From contig OZ076409.1 in the NCBI GenBank assembly GCA_964187785.1, positions 79,980,001 to 80,044,000 of the forward strand: a DNA stretch of 64,000 bases, given 5' to 3'. Shown here piece after piece: positions 12,001-24,035 of this stretch. Within the stretch, counting starts at the first letter, position 1. Every line of letters begins with the position of its first letter. The notes beneath the pieces were generated by a model. The model ran no database searches. It was not told the DNA's origin and was given only the letters and a program-made list of their open reading frames with translations. Source of the DNA: Amphiscolops sp. MND2022 (lineage: Eukaryota). The position numbers and the translations under genes are program-made.

Positions 12001-13348
12001 TGAACATTGTAAACGCGACCAGGCCGCCCATATTTTGTCCCCGGTGTCCCAACCATCATGACATGTAATAGCAACGAATACTTTTCTCCTTGACTTGTAA
12101 TAAACACAAAATTTGTCTCAAAAGTCCTAGTATCACGAAAACACCTATCAATTTTGCATGGCATTTTTTGAAAACATGGCATTTATTCATAACTGTCTTG
12201 TCATCAAAATGTGGCAGATTTTGATCAATTGCCATTTTTTCATTAGCACTCAACGAATGAGCTCGTTTTTGAATGGTCCCAAAACGACTATAGAAAGTAA
12301 GACCATATCTTTATACATGTGTCGTGGAAACCGCATACTAATCTTAAACTGTAAGAAAACAACTACCAAAGGGGGTAGTACGTCAATATTTAAATCTGAC
12401 TGTATTGTCCTGGTTTCCACCATTTTGAGCATATTGTCTTGGATTCCACCAAAATAGCATTCACTGTTCGATGGCCACGAAAGCGACTGTGGAAAGTAGG
12501 ACCATATCTTTATACATGTGTCGTGGAAACCATATACATATCTTAAACTGTAAGAAAACAACTACCAAAGGGGGTACGTCAACATTCAAATCTGACTGTT
12601 TTGTCCTGGTTTCCACCAAAAAATTTTTTTTACTCACGATTGGAACCAAAAAAGAATTCTGTCTTTCCTCAATCAAATCGTTACAGGTGACTCAATTGCA
12701 GTGGGGACCAATTTTTTGGCCCTTGGACACATTCCTATGATACGGGAGATGATGATCCTTGACCATTCGAGGACTTACGCGGATGACAAATTCCCTGATC
12801 TTCCCGAGCTGCTGGCATTGCTTCTTCTCACTGCAACAGAAAAAATTCAGAGAGCTTGTCCTTTCAAGTTTCGTTTGTTCGACGCAGTTAAAACAATTGT
12901 TAATGAAAAGGCCGTCCAGGAGGTTTTTACAATTTGACTTGAAAAACTGTTCATTTTAAATTCATAGTGTTTCACTTGTTCAACTTATTTTCTTTTTAAT
13001 TTGCAGATTCATCCACAGTTTTGCATGAGCAAGTTGCGATTGCTTCTGGGCAGGAAACAACCAACCGGAACCCTCCAAGATGCCAAAATCTCCAAAAAAT
13101 ATCTGGCGTGCGTCAGCATTAAATGTCCCGGTGACTCCTACGCAACCATCCCCGATTACATTAACAATGTAGATGTTCTGAGTGAGTCGCGCGAGACCCG
13201 TGTCTCGACAGTTGAACTTCTGAGGGAGAATTCGCAAACTCCAAAGTTTTGCGAAAACAAATTTCGACCTCATGCACTACCGATTATGGCTTCACTAAAA
13301 GGCATTAGAACTATCCCTAAAGAGGATGAACTCTTTGATATATGTTGA
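9047..13348 (+). pseudogene. C2HC/C2H2-type zinc-finger + JmjC histone demethylase (KDM2/KDM7-PHF8-like), 7 exons, one in-frame stop
   Basis: Predicted exons 9047-9422, ~9589-10046, 10225-10329, 10409-10686, 10841-10956, 12687-~12922, 13007-13348, with GT/AG sites and consistent phases. JmjC motifs: TTWHQDFSATSVCYTVLRGEKIFFLVKPT, MLVMPANYLHFVLT, GDSIAVGTNFL (H-x-D...H iron ligands present). Fingers: CTNGTCDYVTDRLFNLQRHEKQC, CENCGQLFTNKKSRMRHQKNAKYC, CLSCGKLFAYQYVLRNHVARSLSC. TAA at 9419-9421 lies just before a GTAAGT donor. Confidence 0.85.
11400..12655 (+). repeat. Leader-A-S-leader-A-A-partial B block inside JmjC intron 5
   Basis: Same modules as 7620..8970; ends with a B terminus ttactcacgattggaaccaaaa at ~12628..12650. 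Confidence 0.9.
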
Positions 13349-13540
13349 CTGTTTTTATTCACCATTATTCTATTTGTTTTCAAGGTTGTCATTCAACAGA
13401 GTTTCTAGTTTCTTTTCCTTCTTGAAATTTTAAATATAAAAAATTGCAAATTAGAAAACGAAATGTGAAACCATTGGATTCACAAATTACCACATTTTTC
13501 AATTCTGTATGAGACAAAAATAAGAAACAAGCAATCTATC

Positions 13541-13679
13541 TGTTACTGTTGACGATGACTTCTACTAAGTCCTAAGTCTAGATGCTGTACCGTGTTTGTC
13601 ATTTATGTTTGTCAACAACTAGACACTTTTCTTATTTGAATGAGGTCATTTTCGAGAGTATAGCTTAGCCTCTCTCACA
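13541..13679 (-). mobile_element. Probable Gypsy 3' LTR
   Basis: TG...CA termini; preceded on the minus strand by a purine tract (CGGGGGA) downstream of the Gypsy tail ORF. Confidence 0.55.
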
Positions 13680-13815
13680 TCCCCCGATTTAACACAAATT
13701 TGTATTTATTGTACAGGCGTGTAATAATATAAATTGTACAATTGCCAATTTACGAAACTGAAAATTTTTCTTCTTCTAAGAGTAGTTTGTAGATTTTACA
13801 GAGTAGTTTGTAGGT

Positions 13816-15521
13816 TTAGTTTTCGTCGTTTTCTTCTTCTCTTCTCGGGCTTTTGGTTATTTGTGAAACCATTATGTTGTTGCCAAAGAAGTCGGTTTTG
13901 GGCCGGTTTCTGTTTCCTCGGCGTGGTGGGTTCGGCAGTTGTTGTACTTCGTTTTGATTGGTAGTGTCTATCATGGTTGCTGGGTTTTGCTCGCTTCTGT
14001 TGTCTTCTTCTTCATTGTCTTGCTTTTTTTCTTTGATATTGGGTTCGGCTTCTTGTTGTGGCCACATCTCTTCTTCTGATTCGCTTCCGATTTCTGTGAT
14101 TTGTTCTGGTTTTTGATTTTGTTTTGCTCTTTTCATCTTCTTCCCCTCCTTTGTTTTCTTTACTTTTTGCTTTAGTTGTTCTAGTGCTGATTTCTTTTTT
14201 CGTCGCTGTTCTGTTGTTGGAGTTGGCGGGCGTGATGTTTCTGGCAAGTTCATGGTGATTGGCAGGTCATCTCTTGTTGCCACTTCTGAGCTGCTGTCGT
14301 CCTCGCTTGTGAATGGCTGGTTTCCCGCCAATGCCGTGCCTGTATTTTGTGACGCTAGTTGCTTTGTTGCTTCGCGGGAGCAGCATGGTTGGTTGGTGTT
14401 GTTCGCCACGTCGCGTTTGGAGATGATCGTTGGCTGATTTCTGCCTGCTGGCAGGAAGTTTATTGTATGATTCGATTGCTCGAGCAGTACCCCCTTCTTT
14501 TTCTTGTAGGCCCTCTCAAGCTTTGTGCCTCTTGTCCTCTCGCGTACCATGATAGTTGAGTCCTGTCCCGACTCGAAGTCTGTGTCGCTGAGTTGGATGG
14601 CTGGCTGTGGTTGATCTGAAATATTCCGAAACGAATTTAGTCTCTCTATTTTGCCATTTCCGCGGTGGTCCCTTTCTGGACATTCTATGTGGCGGATTAG
14701 TCGTTTTTGGCAAAATTCCTAAATCGCCTACTTCGGAAAATTGTCGCCGGGTCCGTTCTTATGGTCTGTGGAATTCCGTGCCTTGTAATATAGTTCTTTA
14801 AAACTTCTATTACCTTTTTTGTGGTTGGCTTTCTTAAAAACTTTGCTTCCGGCAATCCCGAAAAGTGATATACTGATACTAAAAGGTACTTTTTTGCGTT
14901 TATGGCGTTTTGGAATGGGCCGGCGAAGTCAATTGCTATCTCTTGATTACATTCTTTACTTTCAGGCAATTTCCCTATTTGTTTTTGGCTAAGTATTGTT
15001 TTTATGTTCTAACCAGATTCTTTGCATTGGGGGCATTCTCTGGCGATTGTGACTACCTCTCGATGCAGTCTTGGCCACCACACATTAGAAATTGTTGCCA
15101 ACATGGCATCTCGCCCCGGGTGCCCGTAGTGCAGTGATCTCATGATGATTGGTCTTAGCGTCTTGGGGATTACTAATCTTTCGTCCATGTAGACGAAGTC
15201 GTTGGCATCTAAGCTGAGGCACTTGTACTTCTCTCTCCATGGTGTGGGGATGCGGTTGATTTTCGTGCTGTCTGGTCTTTTGAGCAATCCGATAATTTTT
15301 TGCATGAATTCGTCTGATTCATACTGTGCTGCAAACGTGTGATTTCCCAGTTGCTGTAGTACTTCAATTTGATTTATGGAGTAACAAATAGGGCTTTTTA
15401 TTGGTGGCATAATTGCCGCTTGAATTATATCATCGTTCATTTCTGCGTGATTATCAGATTCGACTTGTCGCTCGCTTTTGCTTGTGGAAGACTGCGTTTT
15501 AATTACTGACCGATTAGCCAA
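13816..15521 (-). mobile_element. Degenerate Gypsy pol fragment (HHCC, integrase core, tail), 5'-truncated and internally deleted
   Basis: HYGHPGRDAM...CPQC; IDFAGPF; IRTDPATIF; GNGKIERL followed by an abrupt jump to the tail; several frameshifts. Confidence 0.93.
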
Positions 15522-15867
15522 TCAGAAGCGAGAACGAGTATTTACCGTATCAGAGCAAAACGGCAGTTCGCTTCAAAATGCCAAAACAGACAAAAGCTTC
15601 AAGTTTGACGAAAACGCAGACAGCGTGGATTGAATCGAATTGAATAAACAGAAGAAGCCGAAATTAAAAACTGAGTACCCTGTAAAAACCTAAACAATTG
15701 TTACGTCATTATTTATGTAGCTAATTGGTAAGCCAACTAGCATTTTAGTTTGTGTTACGATTTTCGTAAATTGTAATGTAAATTGAGTGACATTGACATT
15801 GAATAAACCCACAGATTGTAACCCCTGATCTTTGATCATAATAATAAGAAAAAGATAAAATAATCAT

Positions 15868-18834
15868 TCACGCCATAACATGATGATCTGTCAATTCATT
15901 TGCCATATTATTTAGTTTTGCCAGACTTGAAAATAGCGTTGATAACTGTAGAAAAATTTTGTTCAGAGTGTTTTCCGTCATGTTAGGCAGATCAGCCTCG
16001 AATGCGTTCAGTGTAGAAATAAGACGTTCGACGCCTACTGATATGCAACTCACAAAGGCGTAAATATCTATCTGCGAAGGGTCTGAAATACCTTTAACAC
16101 AAACCTGTGAGAAAAACAGTAACATGTTAAACAACCCGCCTAAAGATTCAAAAGAAGTTGAGCAGAAGATTTCAATTGAGGATAGCATTAAGTACAGTAA
16201 ACAATACATGCTTTGAGTCACATATTCCTTACTCTATAACACACAATGAAATCGAGTTTGTAGAGGTACAGGACGTTGGGTTTGTCATTAGATTCTCCTT
16301 CATTGTAAACTGGTTTGATATAAGGATCGATAACTATCTGAACACTTGAAGTGACCACGACATGCTACGAAGCTACATCGAATCATGAAAAATCCGAATT
16401 CACGATGTTCAGTGAACCTCAATATTTTGATGAAAGCATCTTCACCTTCTTTGTTACTTGCGATCACGTCCCATCGTTTCCCAAGCACACTGTCCCATGA
16501 CTGATTAGACCCTTTGAAGTCATTGCTGATATCCCCAGAAAATTTCACTGTTTCTTTCGAGGACGTCGTTTCAAAACCACACATTTTACGGGTCAATGGC
16601 GTCGCTGGAATCAATGATTTTGTCATTGAATGTTTTTTCTGGGCGAATCCAACCATGTTTTTGACTGCTGAAAACACCGCGAATGCTTGGTTAATAGGAT
16701 GAACTAGCATGTGGATATTGAATTCTTCTATTTCGTCTTCGATAACTTGAACTTCTAGTGCGGGCATGCGTACTTCAATATCGGGGTTTGTTTTTCCTAT
16801 CATTTTAACAAACGCTTTTCGTTTGCTGCAATCAAAGAACAGTTCTTTTACTTCAAACGCCGCGTTTGCATAGTTGGTGAGAGACCCAACTTTCAGGATG
16901 TTGTTATAGCATGGCGCATACTTCAACTCAACATTCTCGTCACTGTGTGGTATCAAAGATACTGCATCCACAAAAGGTATTGTTTTTGGGGGGCATCGCT
17001 TTTTTGGTACGGGAGGCCTGGAATCGATTATGGTCGGAGGTGATTCAGGTTCTTCGTTGGTGTCATCTGGAGCAGTCTCATCAGGCAAGCTTGCCCGTAA
17101 TTGTCGATAAGAGACAAAAAATTGTTTTCCTTCGTCATCAACGACCAAGCACTGTCGCAGGAACGGATCGTTGATCATCACTGTCGCAGTAACAACTGAC
17201 CCGCAGCAAGTAACCTCGCAATTTTCGAAGTCGCCGATACAGTCACAATCTTCGTCATTTGATTGCCAAAAGAAAACTTCGTCATTGCGCATTAACTTCC
17301 TTGGATTGAAAGGCAAGCTTCTACCCCGTTTCTTTCTCAGAGATTCATCCAGTTTTTGGGCTTTTCTAATATTCCAACGTCGCTGAAAAAATTTGAAAAT
17401 TACTTCTCGATTTTCAAATTTCTATCAACTTCAATCATGGGTTTCTTTGAAAAAAAATTATGTGGAGGATATCAACACGTGGATTGTCATTGAAATCTGG
17501 CAGATTTTGCTAAACTGCCATTTTTCCATAAACATTCAACGAATGAGTTCGTTCTTGAATGGTCCTAAAACGATTGTGGAAAGTAAGACCATATCGTTAT
17601 ACATGTGTCGTGGAAACCATATACATATCTTAAACTGTACGAAAACAACTACCAAAGGGGGTAGTACGTCAATATATAATTCTGACTGTATTATTGTACG
17701 TCAATAATGAAATTTTGATATACCGTATTAGTGTCATGGAAAATTTGCTCAAAATTCAATGACGTTTTAGAATATTCTGACGTTTGTTTATCTCTGGCTA
17801 AAAATTGAAAACTGGCAGATTTTGATGAAGTGGTACATTTTTGATTGGTTAGCATTTTTAGAGGCCGGCTTTTAATCGCTCGAAAGATATTATGGACATG
17901 ATTTGTCTCTCTGACTTCTAGTAGCAACCAATTTTGCCTGAAAAAGCAATTCAAAGGTGAAACTAATCACGAATAATTTTGGTCCCAATCGTGAGTAATT
18001 TTTTTACTCACGATTGGGACCAAAATATCACAAAATCTTTTTTCAATTTAGTATACTAAAAGGCCTCCTTTTTGTCCTCACGAAAGATATTGAGGACATG
18101 TTTTGTCTCTCTAACTTCTAATAGCAACGAATTTCGGCTAAAAAAGTAGTTCAAAGGGGAAATTAGTCATGATTAATTTTGGTCCCAATCGTGAGTAAGT
18201 TTCTTACTCACGATTGGGACACAAATATCACGAAATCTTTTAAATTGGAACCATGATTTAACTTTCATTTTTTGAATTTCCATGCTGGAAGTAGGACTTC
18301 TCAATTTTTGATTTTAAATGCTAGCCCTATTTATAAGTAGTATGTCAAGGTTTAAATCTCAATTTTCGGTTTTGCCCTCGGGAAATTTATGATTTTCTTG
18401 TTTGGCATTTTCTACTGATTTGGCATTTTCGAATATCTGGCTTGTCGTCCAAGTTTGGCAAACTTTGTTAAACTTCCGTTTCTAGTTTGTTCACTCCGAC
18501 GTATGAGCTTAGCAAGGTATTCAATTTTAAAGTTCGATTTGTGTATTTTTTGTCCTCAAAACCTGTTTAGTATTTCATCGGAACTATGGCCTAAGAAATG
18601 AGAGAATTGTGGAAAATATTTCGAAAAAAAGTATTGAAATGTTATAGCAACCTCATCTTCCCTGTCGACTTCTGGCACTGTTATGTCAACTGCTTTTCTC
18701 GTAGACCACTCCATCCATTTGATTCTGACACTCCAGTCACTCATGATTGCAGTGATTTTTGCAAGCTCCCAAATAAATGTTAGAGGGTCCAGGATATGGA
18801 CAACTTCGTTCGTTTCGAACTTTTGAAGAAGCAT
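15868..18834 (-). pseudogene. Three-exon gene with N-terminal Tudor-like module and uncharacterised C-terminus; one frameshift
   Basis: Exon 18834-18652 (IWELAKITAIMSDWSVRIKWMEW; donor GAG|GTTGCT) splices in phase to exon 17382-~16232 (acceptor TTTTCAG|CGACGTTGG), then a final exon ~16105-15868. A frameshift near 16350 restores QIVIDPYIKPVYNEGES...CYR|GTAAGG. The Tudor call rests on the W...A.I......V.W pattern only. Confidence 0.6.
17460..18240 (+). repeat. Leader-A-linker-B array inside the Tudor-like gene intron; inverted counterpart at ~30835..31700
   Basis: B palindromic junctions at ~17977 and ~18177 (period 200); the block is the reverse complement of the 30.8-31.7 kb block. Confidence 0.92.
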
Positions 18835-19396
18835 TACTGCGTTTAAAGGTTGAATAGTTTGAGACTGACTGGAATAGTCACCTTATCAATAGTTCAATTA
18901 ACATCCACTGGGGAAATAAAGAGAAATTCCATTTCCTGCGTCAATTTCAAAGCTGGGGCAAAATGACGCCGCTTATAATTGAAGCAGAGGTGATGCTTAA
19001 TTACTGTTGCTGCTCAGATCCAATGAACACCCACTGGCAAAGTAAAGTAGTGCCTGGCAATTGATGGCATATTCAATTGGGGCGTCAAGTCGACACCGCT
19101 TATGATGAGGCGGCAAGTTGAAACCGCTTAGGATTGAAGTAGGGACGATGCTTACTGTTTATCCTAAGGTTCAATTAATACTCACCTTTGAAATTAATTA
19201 GGAGATCTTTGGGGCATTTCAACGCCGCCTATAATTAAAAAAGATGACGCTCGATTTTGGTTGATAGCGATTGTTTGATAAAGATTTGCTCAGTTTCTTT
19301 CAAACCATTTTCACAATCAGTAGCTTCCAGTCTTCTCGAATATACATCGCAGTTCCTTCCAAGTTTTTGAATCGCTTGGTTGCAACTGAATAACTA

Positions 19397-22300
19397 ATGG
19401 ATAATTCAAATCCCCAAAATCAAACTCCTGCTCAAGATCTACCATTGTCCTACTCATCTGTTTTAAGCCAGTTCTCGACTCCATTGACAAACTTGACCCC
19501 ATGGTTGCTCGAATCCTCAACTCCTTTGCTCAGCGGAAGTTCTGAAGCTTCTTTGACAAATTCGACACCCTCATTCGATGCAACAGTCTACCCGCAGAGC
19601 TCGCAGACATTTTTCACGCAGATCTCGCAGAGCTCGCAGAGCTCGATTGCTTACAATGCAGATGGGATTATGCAAGAAGAGCATCACGAGCCAAATCAGC
19701 CGGTCGAAGATCACGCGGTAACTCCTTCTCCTAATCTTGACATTTCCAATGCCGTGGGTTTAACCAGCGCCACAGTTCCGACCTCGAGTCAGAAACAACC
19801 TGTTGACTCGTTTGAAGAAAGAGTCTACAATGTAGTCAAAACAACTCCCCCTGCAAAAAAAAGCAAACCCGACTTGAAGACGGATGAAGCCAAAGAATGG
19901 CTGAAATCCTTTATAGTTGCCACAACGAGCCGTTACAAAAAGAATGTTAGCGCCCCGAAGAAGACCCAGATAAACTTTTTCAGAAGTCTGGTGGCCTACC
20001 TGTTTTTGTTTGTTGGCGTTGCTGGCCTGTTGGACAAAGAAATCAGCAATATCACTGTCCACGAGTTGGCTCAAGCCGTGGTGCATATGAAAGACTACCC
20101 GGATGATGAAGACATACCACTTTCCATCGAGCCAAATGAAAGTAAGTATTTATGCATAACCTAAACCCTTAACCTCTTAAACTTTTATTGACTTTTTCAA
20201 ACATATGATGAAAATCAAAGTAGCTATCAATTTTGAATGATCCAAACAACAATTGGATATATTGTCCTGGTTTCCACCACCGTTTTGAGCATAATGTCCT
20301 GGATTCCACCAAAATAGCATTCACTGTTCGATGGCGCATTGGTAAAAAAATAGCCTGCTCCGAATGTTTTTCCAAGTTGGATTTCGGCACCTTCACTCTA
20401 AATTTATTGGGTTTCGGCGTTTTTGGCAATTCTCGGCTGTGCCGAAAATTAACATTCCTAGTTGATAATAATTACTTTGCCCTTTCATTTACAAAGAAGG
20501 GAATATGGCAGAGCGTGAGGAAGTTGTAAGTGGCGATATCTAGATTGTTGGTAAACAACCAATAATTGCCATTCTGAAGGAAAATGGCAAAATAGATGAA
20601 AGGGTCAGTTGACCTTACTTTGCCATAATACACAGTTCGCACTATTCTTTTCTCTACAACAGAAATATTAGAAACATTGCTTAATGTTCGAATTGCGTTT
20701 TAAAATATCTTAAACTGTAAGAAAACAACAATTTTGAGCATATTGTCTTGGATTCCACCAAAATAGCATTCACTGTTCGATGGCCACGAAAGCGACTGTG
20801 GAAAGTAAGACCATATCATTATACATGTGTCGTGGAAACCATATACATATCTTAAACTGTAAGAAAACAACTACCAAAGGGGGTAGTACGTCAAAATTTA
20901 AAACCTTATAAACCGTCCTATTGTCATGGAAATATTGTTCAGTGTTGAATGGCGTTGTGAAATAACTTTGTTTGTTTTTTCAATAAATTTTGTTTAGGTG
21001 TCAGATTTCCGATTGATTAGAGTTCTTAAAGGCGAAAATATTTTGGGCCTATTTTGTCTTTCTGACAAATGAAATTTTAAAAAAAACTGAAAACTCGAAA
21101 CTAATTTACATGTTCAATAAATGTCTTTTTTGCAGATTCTGTTTCTCGAATACATTACAAGACACCACGCTGGTTAATCGAAGGTTTGGTTGAGTATGCC
21201 AGCCACACGAGACCTGATTTTCTCAACAAAACCCAAGGTGTGAAATTCCAACGATGTGTCTCCAAAAGTGATGACCGACCAGTCGTGACAGAGCTCCTGT
21301 TCGTCAATTCTGTTGGGAAGTCTTGTTTTAGACCAAGCCATGTTGTCGACCAGTATTTGATCCCTGTACGTTTGTTTTTTTTTGACATTTAAATTTTTAT
21401 ATATTTCGGAGTTTTCAAAACAACTTCGATTGAAAAACCTACATCTACTAAACCATTGTAGTTCTAGTGTAACAGATCATATATTTAATCGAAAGCATGT
21501 ATTTCAGATACTTCAACAATGTGAAAAACCAGCCAATCAGCTGAAGTTCAAATTGGAACTCATCTATCCAATTGTTGACGACCCTGAAGCACGATTGCCA
21601 AAGTTGAAAAATCAAATCAGGGAAGTGCAAGGAAAATTTGGCAATGAATTTGACCAGGATACCATCAAAACATGCGTGAGAAAACATCAAGATGCTCAAC
21701 GATACGCACGACAGTCAGCTCGAGCCACAACGTTCTTCAAATACATGAACGGGAAATGTGACTTGAACATCTTGGAGAAAAGAATCGAAGGATTTTTCCA
21801 GAGGCAGAAATGGACAACCCCAGAAGACGTCAAACAGGATATTAGAAAAGTGTTTCTGTTGGTTTTACCTATGCTACAAAATCCAGATTCGAGACGAATG
21901 GGCAGTGATGGTTCTGTCAAAATAATGTATAAAGGGATGGCACATAACATGGATTTCGAGTGTCAGACCTTACTATTCGAACGATGTGACACGCAGAGCT
22001 GGCCAGGCGTATGTCCAGCCAATTTCAAATCTTATGGACGCGGAGTGGTCAGCACACAGAAGTTTTTTAAAAACGAGATTGTGCTTGACTACCACGGTCA
22101 AATACTTGAGAAAATGACATTGATACAAGCTCTGGCGATGGAAGGCGTACAGTCTGAATATCTGATGGAGGTACGTAATCTAAAGTTTATTTGTTAGATA
22201 CATACCAAGTGAGTGAAGACACATAAAAAATCTAAAAAGTCTAAAAAGTATGAGTATTTGTTCTTTTATCAATTTTGGACCTAGAGAGCTAAAAGTGAAG

Positions 22301-23124
22301 AAGAAAAAAATTATTAGTTCACTAGGACCTAGCTAAATGAAAGTACACGAAACTTTTTTGCTTTTCAAAACAGGATTTTTTAGTATGCTGTTGTGTTGTA
22401 GGTCTTACTGCGATGAAAGGAAGCGAAGTTGAGTAATTGTAAATTCAGGCAATGTACGTGCGAATGTCACTATTCAGTAGAATGGCAAATCAGTTAAAAA
22501 TGGCATTACTATTGGTTAGGGACTAACCAATAGTACTGCCATTTTTATCTGATTTGCTATTTTAGTGAATAGTGACATTTACACAAACATTGCCTGAATT
22601 TACAATTACTCAACTTCGCTTCCTTTCATCGCAGTAAGACCTACAACACAAAAGTCATCGTTGCAACAAGATCTATCTAGATCATCTAGCACACCATCAA
22701 GAACATCTGGAACTTGTAAAGCCTTGTGATCAGATACGACTCCAAATTGTGTACCACATACATAATTTTCAATATGCTCACACGACAGCTAGTAACTAAT
22801 TCATTTTTGGATCATTTCATTCCAAAATCTGTTGAAAATTGTGGGCTTTTGTAAGGTATTCTTGAAACTTCTTTGTTCCAGGTGAAAGGTCCCGGACGAA
22901 GACTGATCAACGCTTCCTCCGAGATATGTGAAAGTCACCCAAATATTCTATGTTTGGGACGCCTCATTAACCACTGTTCCAAAGATGCAAACATAAAGCA
23001 AACTGACATTTTGCTTTATGACCAGTCCCGAGTTTGCTGCTTCAGGGCTATCAGAGATATAAGCCCTTTCGAAGAATTGAAATTCGATTACGAGGACCCA
23101 ACAGCGCGGTCCCTTTTTTCGTGA
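19397..23124 (+). CDS. SET-domain lysine methyltransferase (PR-Set7/KMT5A-like) with long S/T/P-rich and uncharacterised N-terminal region, 4 exons, apparently intact
   Basis: Exons 19397-20141, 21136-21365, 21508-22170, 22882-23124 with consistent phases. SET motifs YGRGVVSTQKF...LDYHG, LGRLINHCSKDAN and FRAIRDISPFEELKFDY. Confidence 0.87.
20230..20945 (+). repeat. Two degenerate A-repeat blocks inside SET intron 1
   Basis: ggattccaccaaaatagcattcactgttcgatgg at ~20300 and ~20750; hairpin ACTACCAAAGGGGGTAGT at ~20870. Confidence 0.88.
22391..22651. mobile_element. 261-bp near-perfect palindrome (foldback MITE-like) in SET intron 3
   Basis: ttgtgttgtaggtcttactgcgatgaaaggaagcgaagttgagtaattgtaaattcaggcaatg is mirrored by cattgcctgaatttacaattactcaacttcgcttcctttcatcgcagtaagacctacaacacaa. 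Confidence 0.9.
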
Positions 23125-23289
23125 AAAGCGACTTGCTGACAAATATCTTCATGTGCTTTTTCAAGAGTCTGTTTATTCTGAACACTTTTTTTTGGTTTTT
23201 TAAAAATACTCATTTTGTTCACTTTTCGAATAATTATCCGATATATATGAACCAGATTTTCAACCAGATGGTCAGATTAAGTTCAGTCA

Positions 23290-23775
23290 ATTATCCATAC
23301 CACCTTTGTCCTGGATTCAACCAAAATAGCATTCACTGTTCGATGGCCACGAAAGCGACTGTGGAAAGTAGGACCATATCTTTATAAATGTGTCGTGGAA
23401 ACCGCTTACATATCTTAAACTGTAAGAAAACAACTACCAAAGGGGGTAGTACGTCAATATTTAAATCTGACTGTATTGTCCTGGTTTCCACCAATTTGAG
23501 CATATTGTCCTGGATTCCACCAAAATAGCATTCACTGTTCGATGGCCACGAAAGCGACTGTGGAAAGTAGGACCATATCTTTATAAATGTGTCGTGGAAA
23601 CCATATACATATCTTAAACTGTGAGAAAACAACTACCAAAGGGGGTAGTACGTCAATATTTAAAATCTAATATACCCTATTATTGTCATGGAAATATTGC
23701 TCAATTTTGAATGACGTTTTAGAAAAATCTGGCATTTAAAAAAATCTGGCTTGCCAGCAAAATCTGGCAAATTTT
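23290..23775 (+). repeat. A array (~1.7 units) + linker, left flank of the transposase gene
   Basis: A units followed by the linker tattgtcatggaaatattgctcaattttgaatgacg. Confidence 0.9.
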
Positions 23776-24035
23776 TTTAAACTGCAGTTTTTTGACTACT
23801 TTACTTTAACGAATGAGCTTCGTGTTACGTCCATAATCATATCAGTTTGTATTGGCTTGGTTTTAAAATTTATTAGTCACGAAAATAGGGTTTCCACGTC
23901 ACGTAAAGAGAAAGTTGTTCAAGAGCTTCTTTTCATTATGGTATTGAAAGTCCCTGTTTTTGTGAACGTGTCGGTTCATCTTAACTCCCAATCTCAACTT
24001 CTGAATCAAAGTGTCATTTCGCAAATATATTTCAG

